Source: Neodothiora populina (Eukaryota). Taken from it: DNA of 64,000 nt. A program made the position numbers and the translations under genes. Where the stretch lies: the NCBI RefSeq assembly GCF_041146345.1, contig NW_027191417.1, forward strand, positions 1,612,001 to 1,676,000, written 5' to 3'. Shown piece by piece: positions 1-11,846 of the stretch. Numbering within the stretch: position 1 is the first letter of the stretch; each line of letters starts with the position of its first letter. Under the pieces are notes generated by a model. It saw nothing but the letters and a program-made list of their open reading frames with translations. It made no database searches and was not told the origin of the DNA.

Positions 1-778
1 CTGTACCTACAAGTACTATACAGTATACATGAAAGATGAATGGGACCATACCGTATCTCGCAAGATGATTGTACAGTACGCGATGGAACACCCGGTCAAT
101 GAGTAGATCTTGCCGTAGACGACCATCTGGCTCGGAAAAATTGTGGTTTATTATTACAATGGAAAATACTCGATAGCTCAAGTATGGAGTGCCTTTCGTG
201 CCGTACAGGAGTCGTTGGCAGCGATGTGCTCTGGGCATTGACCTAATCCTGTTCCAGGCTAGGTACTGTATGTATGCTGTAGTTTAATCACCATACTGCT
301 CGTGCTCATTTGCCAGGTCTTCGACTACACCAGGTCTGGACACCCCATGTCGTCAATCCATCACCCAGCTAAGCTTTCGATTGCGAATGTGAATTGTACC
401 CAAAATGAACCTCCGATTGGAAAGGCACAATAGATGCATCATCATAGAGTGCAAGTCCACGCTTTGGACAGGGTTGCTCCAGTGCCAGAATGCGAGTTTG
501 CGGCGATAAGATAAGATGTAGATTGTTTGCAGCGTTTGTTTTTATTATTGACTTCCACGTCGTCCTTCTTCCCCGACTCCTATACTTGGCCTGATTAGGT
601 ATAGATATAATATACACAGAACATCATTGACCCTTTTTCAAATCGCGAATCTCTCATTGATCGATAGTAGCTGCATTGAAAGTCCGAGATTGCAGAAGAA
701 GTTGCATCGGATCAAGTCACTGAAGGTTGACACATACACCACCTCCAGCACCTTCCCCTCCCCGGTACACAACCAAAG

Positions 779-1763
779 ATGGATCCCTACTCGGCAGAAG
801 GAGGTTAGTAGAGATCAGGAAAAGAAACAAACGACATATATAAAGACAGCAAATCTGAGACAAGAATACTGACTTGCCCCCCTTGAAGAGCTGGTCAACA
901 TCCACACAGCCTTCCACCAGTCACAATACCAAGAAGTGATCGACTTTGACACATCATCCTTCAGCGCCGACAACGACCTCGCCGTGCGCATTCTCCAATT
1001 GCGTGCACAACTCGCTCTCCAACAGTACAGTGAAGTGTTATCGTCCGTCTCAGCGTCCGAGGCAAAGTCCACTCCCGATCTGGCCGCCGTGCGCGCATTG
1101 GCCGAGTATCTTTCTCCAGAAGAAGACAGCAGCGCCGCCCTATCCGCAGCCGAGACGCTGTCGGAATCACACAGCGACAATCTGAGCGTGCAACTGCTGT
1201 GCGGAACCCTTCTGGCAGCAGCCTCAGAGCCCGAAAAGGCGCTGGCTCTGCTCGCGCACCACGATGGATCCCTCGACGCCGTCGCCCTGATCATCCAGAT
1301 CCACCTCTCGCAGAACCGGCCCGACCTAGCCGCAAAGGAAGCCCGCGGCGCGCGCTCATTCGCCCAAGACGCCCTGCTCGTCAATCTGGCCGAGAGCTGG
1401 ATCGGCATGCGCGAGGGCGGCGAGCAGAAATACCAGCAGGCGTTTTATGTGTTCGAGGAACTGGCGCAGTCGCCCTCGCAGACGAGCGTGGCCAGTCTGG
1501 TGTCTCAGGCCGTGTCGGAGCTGCATCTCGGTCGTTACCCCGAGGCTGAGGTCGCGCTGCAGACGGCGTTGGAGAAGGAACCCAAGAACCAGGATGCGCT
1601 GGCTAATGCGCTTGTTCTCTACAGCATTCTTGGTGACGAGGCCAAGTGCGAGGAGATCAGGACAAAGCTGGACCCGGAGACGGAGGTGTCGAGGGGCTTG
1701 GTGGAGAAGAAGCAGGCTTTTGAGCTCGCGCGCGGTAAATACATGCCTAAGTTCGAGGTTTAG
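779..1763 (+). CDS. SEC28: Coatomer (COPI) epsilon subunit; exons 779-803, 889-1763; 299 aa
   Basis: Spliced N-terminus MDPYSAEG|ELVNIHTAFHQSQYQEVIDFD across a GTTAGT..TACTGAC..AAG intron (804-888). TPR-like helical body with QDALLVNLAESW and YQQAFYVFEELAQ, typical of fungal epsilon-COP. Confidence 0.92.
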
Positions 1764-2104
1764 CTTGTTTGAAGGGAGCAGAACGAAAAAGAATGGACGA
1801 CAACAACAGTCAAAGATTGAAAGAATGAAGATGAACCACCTGCCTATCAACCCGACTTTACATGTGGCGTGATATTCTATACGCAATTTGATTTGTAAAA
1901 ATGGATCAATGTTGCTGCAAATGCAAGGTATACATCGACCAAGACAAGGACGAATCGAGAAGGAAGGTGGGGTAAGTGTCGATGCAGACAGATGCAGACA
2001 GACACAGACAAGAACAGGAGACAAATGGTTCATGAAATCGTGATGTTTTTCCTACTCTCCCCTAGAAGTTTTACATGAGGAAAGAGGAGTCAGACCAGAC
2101 ACGA

Positions 2105-3391
2105 CTAATCAAACGGCAACCGCCTCAGTCCCATATCCTGACCCGACCTCTTCAATTCACCCATGGCGCCCACAGCGCTCGGCACCTTGATACCACAGCA
2201 ATCATCCCACGTCTTGCGCTCTTCTCCCCCAGCACCGACAATATGCGTAGACCCATCAGCGTGAACATGACTGTGCACCGCTCCCGCCTCATCACCATGT
2301 TCAGAACTCATGCCCTCAACAGCAGGCACCAAACTGCCGAACCAAAAATGCTGCATGACAGGCAACTTGCCCAGGACCTCGGCGACGAACATGCGGCGCA
2401 TGCCCGCATCGACCTTCTCCCAGTTCTTGGCGCTCGAGATGTCGTCGAGCATAGGCGAGTGCCAGCGCAGCCCGTCGACGTTCTTGACGCTGTTGACGAA
2501 GGACACCTGGTCGAGATACAGGTAGTCTTTGCCGCACTCCTCGAGGATCATTTGCGTGTGGATGGACATGGGCCGGATGTGCGGGTGGTGTAAGAGTTGG
2601 CTGGAGCCGAACAGGAAGGGCAGGAATTGGTAGTCGTCGAGCCCCCAGACGCCGTGCGAGCCGGCGGGCTCGAGGTAGTATGTTGTTTGGATCTTGCGCA
2701 TCAGGGCGACATAGCGCGGGAAGACGATCAGGGCGAGGTGCGGGAAGGTGGTCGAGGGGAGGAGGTGCAGGCGGTTCAGGCATAGGAGCCATAACATGAA
2801 ATTCAGCTCGTGCCCGCTGCCGTAGTCGATTCTGGTCCAGTTGCCGAACGAGTGCTGGAGGTAGGTCTGGACTTCTTGCATGCAGGGCTCAGAAGGCAGA
2901 TGCAGGTGTGCCGAGTGCCATTCGGGGAGTTTGGTCTCGGTCTTGTCGAGGAAGCTGCGGAAGGCTGGGTTGCCGAATCGGGAGCCCGTGTCTTCGGGCG
3001 GACACTCTGCTACTATCTGCTCTGCTTCATCGAGCATGTGCAGCAGAGTGTCGATGATGGCGTCCTGCGGTCTCTGTTTGACTTGGCTGATGGTCGTGTC
3101 TTGGATCGAGTCGGACAGGGTGAAGACAAATGCCGTCACGAGATCATTGGTGGATGATTTGAGGAACAACTCGTGGTCCTTTGGGGATAGAATACGTCTA
3201 GTCGGCTTGAGGAATCTCCACTCTCTCAACTCTTCTTCTGAAGGAGCAGCGACCAGTGCTGGCGTCGGAGGTGGGGGGTTCAGTGGTGGTTCTTGTGATG
3301 CTTTGGGCCGTCGACGTGGGACGAGTTTTGGTAGCTGTGCGCTGAGGTCGGGCACCTTTTGCTTGTCGGGGGGTGACACTGCTGTCGGCAT
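2105..3391 (-). CDS. RRD2: PP2A phosphatase activator (PTPA family), Rrd2-type; 428 aa, intronless
   Basis: PTPA motifs SRFGNPAFR, SFGNWTRIDYGSGHELNF, YYLEPAGSHGVWGLDDYQFLPFLFG, HSPMLDDIS and EVLGKLPVMQHF. The C-terminal HSHVH..WDDCCGIKVPSA favours Rrd2 over Rrd1. First ATG at 3391. Confidence 0.88.
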   Translation of the reverse strand: MPTAVSPPDKQKVPDLSAQLPKLVPRRRPKASQEPPLNPPPPTPALVAAPSEEELREWRFLKPTRRILSPKDHELFLKSSTNDLVTAFVFTLSDSIQDTTISQVKQRPQDAIIDTLLHMLDEAEQIVAECPPEDTGSRFGNPAFRSFLDKTETKLPEWHSAHLHLPSEPCMQEVQTYLQHSFGNWTRIDYGSGHELNFMLWLLCLNRLHLLPSTTFPHLALIVFPRYVALMRKIQTTYYLEPAGSHGVWGLDDYQFLPFLFGSSQLLHHPHIRPMSIHTQMILEECGKDYLYLDQVSFVNSVKNVDGLRWHSPMLDDISSAKNWEKVDAGMRRMFVAEVLGKLPVMQHFWFGSLVPAVEGMSSEHGDEAGAVHSHVHADGSTHIVGAGGEERKTWDDCCGIKVPSAVGAMGELKRSGQDMGLRRLPFD

Positions 3392-4200
3392 CTTCTTGTT
3401 CACTTTTGCAATACACACTCACACAGACAAGAGCCAGACAAAGAAACAAGGAGGGGGATCAACAATTCAGAGTATAGCTTCTGTCTGCCTCAGGCATTCT
3501 GCTATCGATACCTCGAAATGGTTGTGCCAAGCACTCGGGGATTGCATGCTCACTAACGCCGACGTCGTCATCTACTTGTGATTGCACACCCATCTGTACC
3601 TCATCACCACACAGACATGGAACACCAGCGATATACTCAACTCACGCTCTTGTCAAGATATATGATGATTAGTCATGTCGACCAACAGCGGGTCCGTCTC
3701 ATGGGCTTCCTAGTCATAGCGATTGAGCACACTGCATACCAGGAGGCGGCTCTGACTGCTTACTTGACTATCTAGCCACTATCACTACCACATGTCTCAT
3801 CCTTCCACATGAGACCACACGGGAAACCTAACCAGATACTCGTCGATTCTGCAAGTGAATGCATCGTCTGCTGAACCAAGACTCAGTATCACGACACAGA
3901 GCATTGAGTCTCGGACTATCAGCATCAGCTGTTGCCAATACCCTGATCCGCCACAACGATAGCCTTTCCTGCCTACCAGTAGTCGACTGCGAGTCACAGA
4001 CCTTTCTCCAGTCCAGTCCAATCGACGACATGACACTCGTCGCATGAGGTCGAGTGACATGTTAGCCATGGACAAGGGGTGATGGCCACCTTGCGAGACC
4101 CTGGCATCACTAAAACAAAGGTATATATACTCTGGCAACAGCATAACAACCATCAAGCAGCAAGCAGCCAGTTCTCACAGAGAACTAGATCAAATGACCT

Positions 4201-4283
4201 GCCGGGGTAGCTCAATCGGTAGAGCGTGTGGCTCTTATGAAGAGACAACCTCAAGGTCGCGGGTTCGAGCCCCGCCTTCGGCT
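4201..4283 (+). tRNA. tRNA-Lys(CTT) with a 10-nt intron (4238-4247)
   Basis: Cloverleaf: acceptor GCCGGGG/CTTCGGC, D arm GCTC-AATCGGTA-GAGC, anticodon loop CT-CTT-A, intron TGAAGAGACA after position 37, T arm GCGGG-TTCGAGC-CCCGC. T-runs follow downstream. Confidence 0.93.
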
Positions 4284-4318
4284 ATTCCTAATTACTAAAG
4301 CCTGCTCTTGAAACATTC

Positions 4319-4348
4319 TTTTTCTTTCTGCCAATCATCGATTTTTTT
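4319..4348 (+). terminator. Pol III terminator T-tracts of the tRNA gene
   Basis: T5 at 4319-4323 and T7 at 4342-4348, starting 36 nt after the tRNA 3' end. Confidence 0.6.
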
Positions 4349-5167
4349 CCTTGCTAGTGTAAGGTAGGAAGAAAAAGGTTTGGAACGGAGAGGACAGAAC
4401 CCTGGCGTCGGGTGTGGCGTATGCATGGACGTTCCGCCGAGACGTCCGCTCTTGTCTTGGGGACGTGCCGTAACCTATTTCTCCGGTTCAAACCGAGATG
4501 CCTGAAAGTGACTCTGGTTATTGAGTCAAAACAAAGGTTCGCGACAGAAGACGATGAAAGGATACAGTGGTTCTAGAGGCTAGACGCGAATTAGTCTCCA
4601 GATATCCGTTCCTGACACATCTTTACTACTGTTAGACCTTTCAAGCCAGAGGAATCTAATCTCATCTACGCTGCCCCTGCACGCTTTACTATTACTCACT
4701 GCTTCTACGACCAGTTTGAACAATAGCCAATCTTGTCTCTCTATTGTATTCACTCGGGTACTCCTCTGAATAGACCCTCTTCTAGTCGAGGCTCCTTGAA
4801 CTGGCAGGCGATTGAATCTTCACAATTGCTTGCTCTGGGCTGCGTGAAAGTACACGAAGAACATCCACGACGACCATTGAGACATAGTCGATACGGCAGT
4901 CTATCGCTTGAATCACAAGTCTACTGTTCTTTTATCTCCACAAGGAAGGGAAAAAACCCAGACGAGACCAAGCCCACTTGAACCAATCCCCCAAAAACTA
5001 CTCTCTAAAGGACTAGAAGGACTAAACAGCCTCGAGATCAAACTCGCAGCTCGACGCAGTTTCTCTGTGTTGAAAGACATCAAGTCAGAAGATCCACCAA
5101 AACCATAACTCATCCATTGCCCCTTCCACCTAGCAAGAAGGCGATAAGAAGAAAAAAGAGAAACAGA

Positions 5168-5491
5168 ATGTCCTCCCTCCTCCTAAACCTCTCTCGCCGA
5201 CCCCTGCTGTCTACACTCATAATAGCGAGTCCATTAGCTATTTATCTCGCTATTCCCTCTTCTTCTACTTCTTCCACTTCTTCCCACTCTTCGCTTCTAT
5301 CTACAACATCAAAGGAAGCAACGTCAAAAAACATCTCGACAGCCGCATCGACGGCGCTGAGCAAAGGTCTCGAAGACGCTGATATCTTCCGTCACGAAAC
5401 AAGGACCACCGCGAATGGCGGTGGGAATGGGGTGCGGAGACATGATTTGCCTGATAAGCCTATGCCGCCGCCTGCGCCTTCTGCTTCCTAG
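5168..5491 (+). CDS. Possible small hypothetical protein (107 aa) with an N-terminal hydrophobic segment and Ser-rich linker
   Basis: ATG in AGAATG context. MSSLLLNLSRRPLLSTLIIASPLAIYLAIP resembles a targeting peptide plus TM segment. No recognisable family. Confidence 0.35.
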   Translation: MSSLLLNLSRRPLLSTLIIASPLAIYLAIPSSSTSSTSSHSSLLSTTSKEATSKNISTAASTALSKGLEDADIFRHETRTTANGGGNGVRRHDLPDKPMPPPAPSAS

Positions 5492-6863
5492 AATTACTGT
5501 TTTGGGAAATAAGTTGGACTCCTGTTTTTTCTTTCTTTTTTGGGATGGTGTTAGAGGTTTCCTTGGATGATGTTGGAAAGTGGGGATGGGGTGGATGGAT
5601 GTGGAGGGGTTTAGAGATAGAGATAGAGATGGATTTGGAGCTAGATGTAGATGTAGACAAAGAGTCGAAGGTCGATATGGAAACACACCGCGGTGTGTAT
5701 GTGTAATATAGACAACAGAAAAAGAACATGCATACGTATACACATCTCAGATCGCCTGAATATTCAAGTCACCTACTCACTCACCCACTTACTCGCACAA
5801 ATGAGTAACCATGTACACATCACCAGCAGAAATCCAAAAGGGAACACAAAGAGTCTAGTTCTCCACGCCTCCCCTCTTAAAATCAAGTGGGAGGAGAAAT
5901 CAGTCGTTCTTTCTATCTAAGTATCGTAACAATCTAGAGCAGAAGAACAAGAATGGAAAGAGATGTAAAGTGAGCGCGAGAGAGTCATTATAACAAGCCG
6001 AGTAAAAGTAAAACCAAGAGAGAGTGACGATAGCGAGCAAGCGGCAACGCTAAATGATGGACCAAGTAAAGACAGATGCAGAGAGAGGATTGTGTCTAGA
6101 GATAGACGACAGAAAGCACACGACGTGTTATCACGACAATAAAAAGACAAGCAGATAAGACAGGCAGATTAAACAGGCAAAAGAACGTGTAATTTTGAGT
6201 GGTGGTGGTGGTGGTGGCGGTGGCTTCAGTGCCAGGAGTGGAACCACCGAAGAACAAACAAACAACGAACTGATAGCAATCTTTTTAGACGTTTGCCCCT
6301 CTGGCGAAGAAAAGAATAACAGTCTGGAGGAATGGCGATTTGGAGTGAAAGTCAAAACAGTCTAGGGGATTTATCGCATGCTGACAGTCTAGTGACGAGA
6401 GAAAAAGAAATACGAAATGATTTTGGCAGACAATCTTTGACAAATCCAATGTGTCTGGTGTGCGATCTTCCAAAAGTCCGAGGAGAAGAGGGGCGACGCT
6501 TTTGGTGGCTTTTGCTCATGCTCAAATCTTTCTATGAGCAAGTCTTGTCCTTCCTTTTGGTGGTGATGGGAGCAGTGGAGGTTCCACGGTGGAAGCAGTG
6601 CAGTAATGACGAGGTTTTTGATGCTGCTCCGGACCAGCCGGGCATGCAATCGTTTGAGTCGGTGTTTTTTATGCTGATGATGTTGATGTTGACGTGGATG
6701 ACAGTGAACATTTGAGGTCTGAAGTCGACTCTTGTGAGACAAACCCCCGACGGTGACGTCGAGATGAGATTAGGCTAGATTGAACCATGGCTGTGCAGGA
6801 TCACAGGGGTATAAGCAAAAAGAAGATTGTGCGATACAAGAAATACAAAGGCAGCGAACAGAC

Positions 6864-9218
6864 TCAACGCAACGCATCAGGAATCTCTTCGCGCCTAAGC
6901 CTCTTGTGCATTCTCTTCTTGAACTTGTGTCCTGCTCTCCAGATTCTCTTGCGAGGATAGTTGATCGGACTCTCACCACCGACGAAGATGGCAATGTCGT
7001 ACATGCCTCCTCCTACGAGTGCACCTAGAATGGTTGCCACCCATGGCCCATAGACCCAGTAGCCATTCCTGAACAAGTGACCACCGTATCCGACTGCGAG
7101 AAGAGCGAGTCGCGGACCAAAGTCTCGGCTAGGGTTCATTGCTGCGCCAGTGTTGTATCCGAAAGCCATGCAGAGGACTGTGATGACAAGACCGAGGACG
7201 AGAGCCGACATACCCGCTCCAGGCGGTGCATTACTGTCATCTCCCATGGCAAGAACAGCGACTGCGAGGAATGCAGTGGCGACGAACTCATTGAAGAAAG
7301 CCGTCGCCGCGTCCACAGTCCCGTGTCTTCGACTTGTGATGAATGAATCTGCGGTCCCGGATGCGCCGAGGTTGAGTCCAGCTGCATACTCGATGATGGC
7401 TGATCGGTAGAGACCAAATGCTATCAAGCCTGCGAGGAAAGCCGCAAGTACTTGGGCGAATATGTATGCGGGTACTTTGCGCAGAGGGAAGCCTCGGTAG
7501 ACCCACAGCAAAAGAGAGATGGCAGGGTTGAGATGAGCACCAGATATTCCACCAGCGATGTAGATGCCGGTCATGGACGCGAAACCCCAGGCATAGGAGG
7601 CAGAGAAGTTGTTGGGGTTATTGGAGACGGTGACTGACAGATCGGCGCAAAAGGCGATGGTGAGTTGCACGAGAGCCTGTAAACACACACAATGATCAGC
7701 GACAAGTCATAGTGTGAGTAGGACGGAAGAGGATGACGAAAAAGTCGAATCACTTACACCAAGAAATTCCGCAAGTGGCTCTCTGTACCTCGTCCGAATG
7801 ATTGACCAATGGGTATGATGATTGTGAATCTCATCATCTGGGTTTCCCATTTTGATATCATATGGAGTAAGAGCCGGCCATTCCTCGTCGTTCTCCATGG
7901 CCGTGTCGGCTTCGGAGACGTTGTCGTCGAACCTTGTTATGGTCGGGCGGCGCGCGCTCTGGTTGAAGGAATATGGTTGAGAGTTCATCCGTTCAAAGTA
8001 ATTTGGACCTTCCTCCTCGGTCTCCTGGATGGGCGTAGGCATTGCCTGTGGGAAAGACTGTGGGAAGCTCGGGAATGGTTCCACACCATTGTTGGATCGA
8101 CCGCCTTGCTCATCGACAGACGTCCGCGCGTCTGAGGTGATTGTACCACGGCGGAGCAGCCGCGCTTCACGCTGGGCGGTCAGATCACTGACAGCCTGGA
8201 AAGTACCAGCGCGTCGTAGCGAAGGCTTTCCCTTCTCGATGTCATCCACATCCCACTGGGACGCGCTACTTTCTGCCGGTTGCTGCTGCTGCTGCTGTTG
8301 TTGCCCGCTCTCACCAGGTCCACTCAGATTCAACTCTGACGGCGTAGGCACCATGCCTGGTCGCAACACACGGGGTAAGGGTTTGGCCAGACCCCATACT
8401 GGACGGTTGTTGGTTGGCTGAACATAGGCAGGATTGAGGGCTGCATAGGCTGGGTCAATATATGGCTGATTCTGGGCTGCTTGGATATCTGGTCCTGCCA
8501 ACGTGAAACCGCCTGGGATCTCTTGGTCCGAGATCATAGACGGAGCACGACCAGATGCGATTGCTGTGGGCCGACGAACAAGACTAGTCGGCGCCCGATT
8601 GAGGGTAAAGCCTCTGGTACGACGCCGACTGATGCCGGAAGCGCTGCGACCGCCAGCCACTCGACTTCCCATCGATGAGCTCTTGACTGAGCCTGTCTCC
8701 GCCTGCGCATTATTCATAGCATGATTTTCATGAATGGCATCAAGTCTGTCTCCAGGTTCCATGGAATGTCTCACCGAGGACAATGTTGCTCCCCGACGAC
8801 GGGTGGCGGTTTCCTCCTTGTTTTCATTCTCTGCTTCATTAGGAGCACCACCACTCAAAGGAGGTGGAAATGTTGTACTTCGGTTCACAAATGGTCTTGG
8901 CAGCTCCAATGTTAGGTCTACTTTGGACCGGCTTGGTTGTGCCTCCTGTGACTGTGATTGAGACGAATTTGCTTGTTCCTCGTTGGGGTTGCTTGTAAAA
9001 TTCGTCTGGGTCTCATCTGTGTGGGTAGTTGTCTTTGCTTGTGCATTGTCTGTTTGGGTGGCGTCTTCTTGAACGCCCCCTGATTGTGTTGCAGTTGTTG
9101 CTTGATCTGAGCGTGCGGGATGTGTCTCAGGGTTGACCGGACTGTCCGCATCGACTGCAGTGTCCGAGGAGTGGGCCGAAGATGTGGCCCTCTCATCCCC
9201 AAACGGGTTTGACTCCAT
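6864..9218 (-). CDS. Aquaglyceroporin (MIP family), Yfl054-like, with a long N-terminal extension; exons 9218-7758, 7676-6864; about 757 aa
   Basis: REPLAEFLG|ALVQLTI joined across a GTAAGT..CAG intron (7677-7757). Signature motifs SGAHLNPAIS and AMNPSRDFGPR. The N-terminal PVWGLAKPLPRV motif is characteristic of Yfl054-type channels. Start codon uncertain. Confidence 0.92.
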
Positions 9219-11846
9219 GTTGGGGGTCAATTACTGTGAGTAAGGTATGTTTGTTGGGGTACTTTTAGAATCGAAAGCGCAGCTCTCAACATGAACAAAT
9301 ACAAAAAAAAGGATTACTGGCACGCCGTGACAGACATGACAATGTAAATCAACTGTCCCGTTTCGATCCGGCAAAGAGAGTTTCAGGGACTCGAGGACAC
9401 GAGGACATGGAAGCGAAAAAAGCGAAGGAGTAATTCACCACGAAGTAAGGAAAGACACATGCAGTGGAGTGATAAGAACTCCATATGAAATAGGCAGAGC
9501 CCCCCTCTTTCGACTTTAAGGTCGCATACGCAGGAAATCTGTCAAACCCGGATCTAGCGGTGCCATGCGCGCGTTGTTTTCTCAGGGTTTGATATGGATA
9601 GGGCCAATAGCTTCGCACTGTTCACCAAGATCTGGAGACGGGACCACTGTTTTCGAACGCTTTTCCAAAGGGACCGGCATAAGACCGGGGCGAACACCGG
9701 TTGGAACCATAACACCCGTCTCCGGCTTGGGGTAGACGAGATTGGAAAAAGTAGTGGACATTTATCCTGCTTCTGGAGTTGATCTCTGCGAGCAAAGTAG
9801 AGATTATTGAACTGTAGTATGAAGTCAAACACAGGTATACAGCGATGCGATACTCGAGTAAGATACCTGACTGACATGCAGGGTTGTGTACCTTGTGCCT
9901 TTATCCGAGACCTGTTATTGCCGGATGTGGCCACAACCGGCGTGGCAATTGTGGCTTTCTTACTCGACTCTTTCCTCAAGCGGCTCGCTTGTTTTGGGCT
10001 GCCAGAATGTGGGGTTCGCTGCAGCTTGCACATGCGCCTTGAGGATCATCAATAATGAACCGTGAACCGCGGTCCTACCAATTCGCATACCAGCTCACTG
10101 GCGACAAGCTTGTCGATTATTAATGTCGTATCGCTTCGTTGGCAATCTTTTTCAAATGACTTTTTTTCACCACGTGGATGGATCCAAGCCTCAGGTTGGT
10201 CTCTGCTGACTGCTTGCGACGCGTCTACGAATTTCCACCTTCCGCGGCGCAGCGACAATGCTATTCATAGGAAGCTTCAAGCAAGCACGTGCAAAAGGGG
10301 CAGCCGCGCAAGTCATTTCTCCATGATTAAGGTAGCATCATGAGTCAAGTATAGCAATCAGGACAACATACAGTACCTGAGGTCCAGTGTATGCTGGCGG
10401 GTCGACTTTCCACTCTGGAGGAACGGTGTTGAGTGTGTTCGACTGTAAAACCTGCCTTGGGTTCAGAAAATCACACAATGGCTTCGCACTGGTCTAGACT
10501 TTTACACAGACGTCGTGAACAGGCCCCACCACTGCTATAGTACAATGCAAAGACTAAGCAACGCCCCGAGGACCCAAGTGACGCAAGTGGACATCGTCGA
10601 TCTCGAATTTGCAGGAATGGTCAACGCCAGAGATCGTTCGTGGATTGTCTTTGAGCTTCTCTCACCAACTATGATTTTAATGAAATCCTCTGACGATCAG
10701 AGGCTAGAGATATGATACTGATATCAAGCTCGAATTCGCAGACCGTGTCACCTTACAAATGCCATGTACGCATTGGGCAAGTCATTGGCATATCGCCGCA
10801 AGACTCACAGACTGCTAGTAGTGTCCGCGACTAGCGTAGCTTCGGTAGGTAATCAATTTACCACGCCACAAAATGTGTCGAGACATCAACTCTTCCATGT
10901 GGTAACACAACATCGTTTGTATCACACTTCACCGTCTCGCGCTCCAAATCCGCGAGCAGGAATCACTAGATTCTCGCCCCAGAAGTTTACTAGCACTCGA
11001 GCGAGTGTGGCAGGGTGCGGTCTCGGTGGTACTTGAATTAATGGAGTCTTTGTCATGGTCAAGGACAACACTCGGCCTATTCTGCAGTATCACTTCAATA
11101 TTTTTCTTTCGAGAGCGGTCTGGCATGCATTGCCAACGCTATACTGTTACAGCGCTGCCAGATGCCTGAGCTCACCATGTCTCATAAGGCCTGCTTCAGA
11201 CTGGAACGAATTTAATCAATTCGACTACCCGTCGGCCGATCGGGCCTGTTCAAACATCTTAGACTCTATGGAAGGACCAGTCAATGCCGCATCATACCCA
11301 TCCGCATCAAGATTAACATTGGCTGCTCGCGTTTCATGTCATCCAATATGGTGCTCTCGGAATCGCACAGGCTCCTGGGGCAGACGGTCCTGGCTCCATA
11401 TTACCAGAGGACAGTCTTGACCACCGTGCTGCTTCGCCTCGCTGCCGCGGCTGATCATTAAAAACCAACGTCGTTCCACATTCTCGAGTCATGCACTGAA
11501 ATGTGCCTTTAAATAAGGACCGAGCGGATGGAAAAGAAAGAAAAATTCTATTCACGTTAGAGCCGCCAACGCAACAACGACCACCTAGGCGAGTATAGCG
11601 ATAGCGTCGAACGTTCCTTGTACATGTCTGAAGGTCAAGTGACCTGGAAGCTCACTTCCCAACGTTAATATACGTGCTATACTGCATTATAATGTCTCGC
11701 GGAAGGCAAATCATACAGCCGGACAAGAGAACTATCGACTGAGCTATATGCGGCTTCAATAGGAGAAAGGCTAACAGTAATGGAAGGAAGCAGACTCTGT
11801 ACATGCGTGCAAAGAATAGCAATCAATGTTCTTGAGCTTCAGAAAG

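Noticed and set aside
3662..3755. C/D box snoRNA candidates (TGATGA...CTGA here, and also about 14403-14506 and 21024-21117)
   Set aside because: No terminal stem or recognisable rRNA-complementary guide; such box pairs occur by chance.
4377..4494. 5S rRNA, suggested by the 118-nt length and closed termini
   Set aside because: Lacks conserved 5S motifs (CCCGTCCG.TC, AGTA.T..G.GGGTGAC) on both strands.
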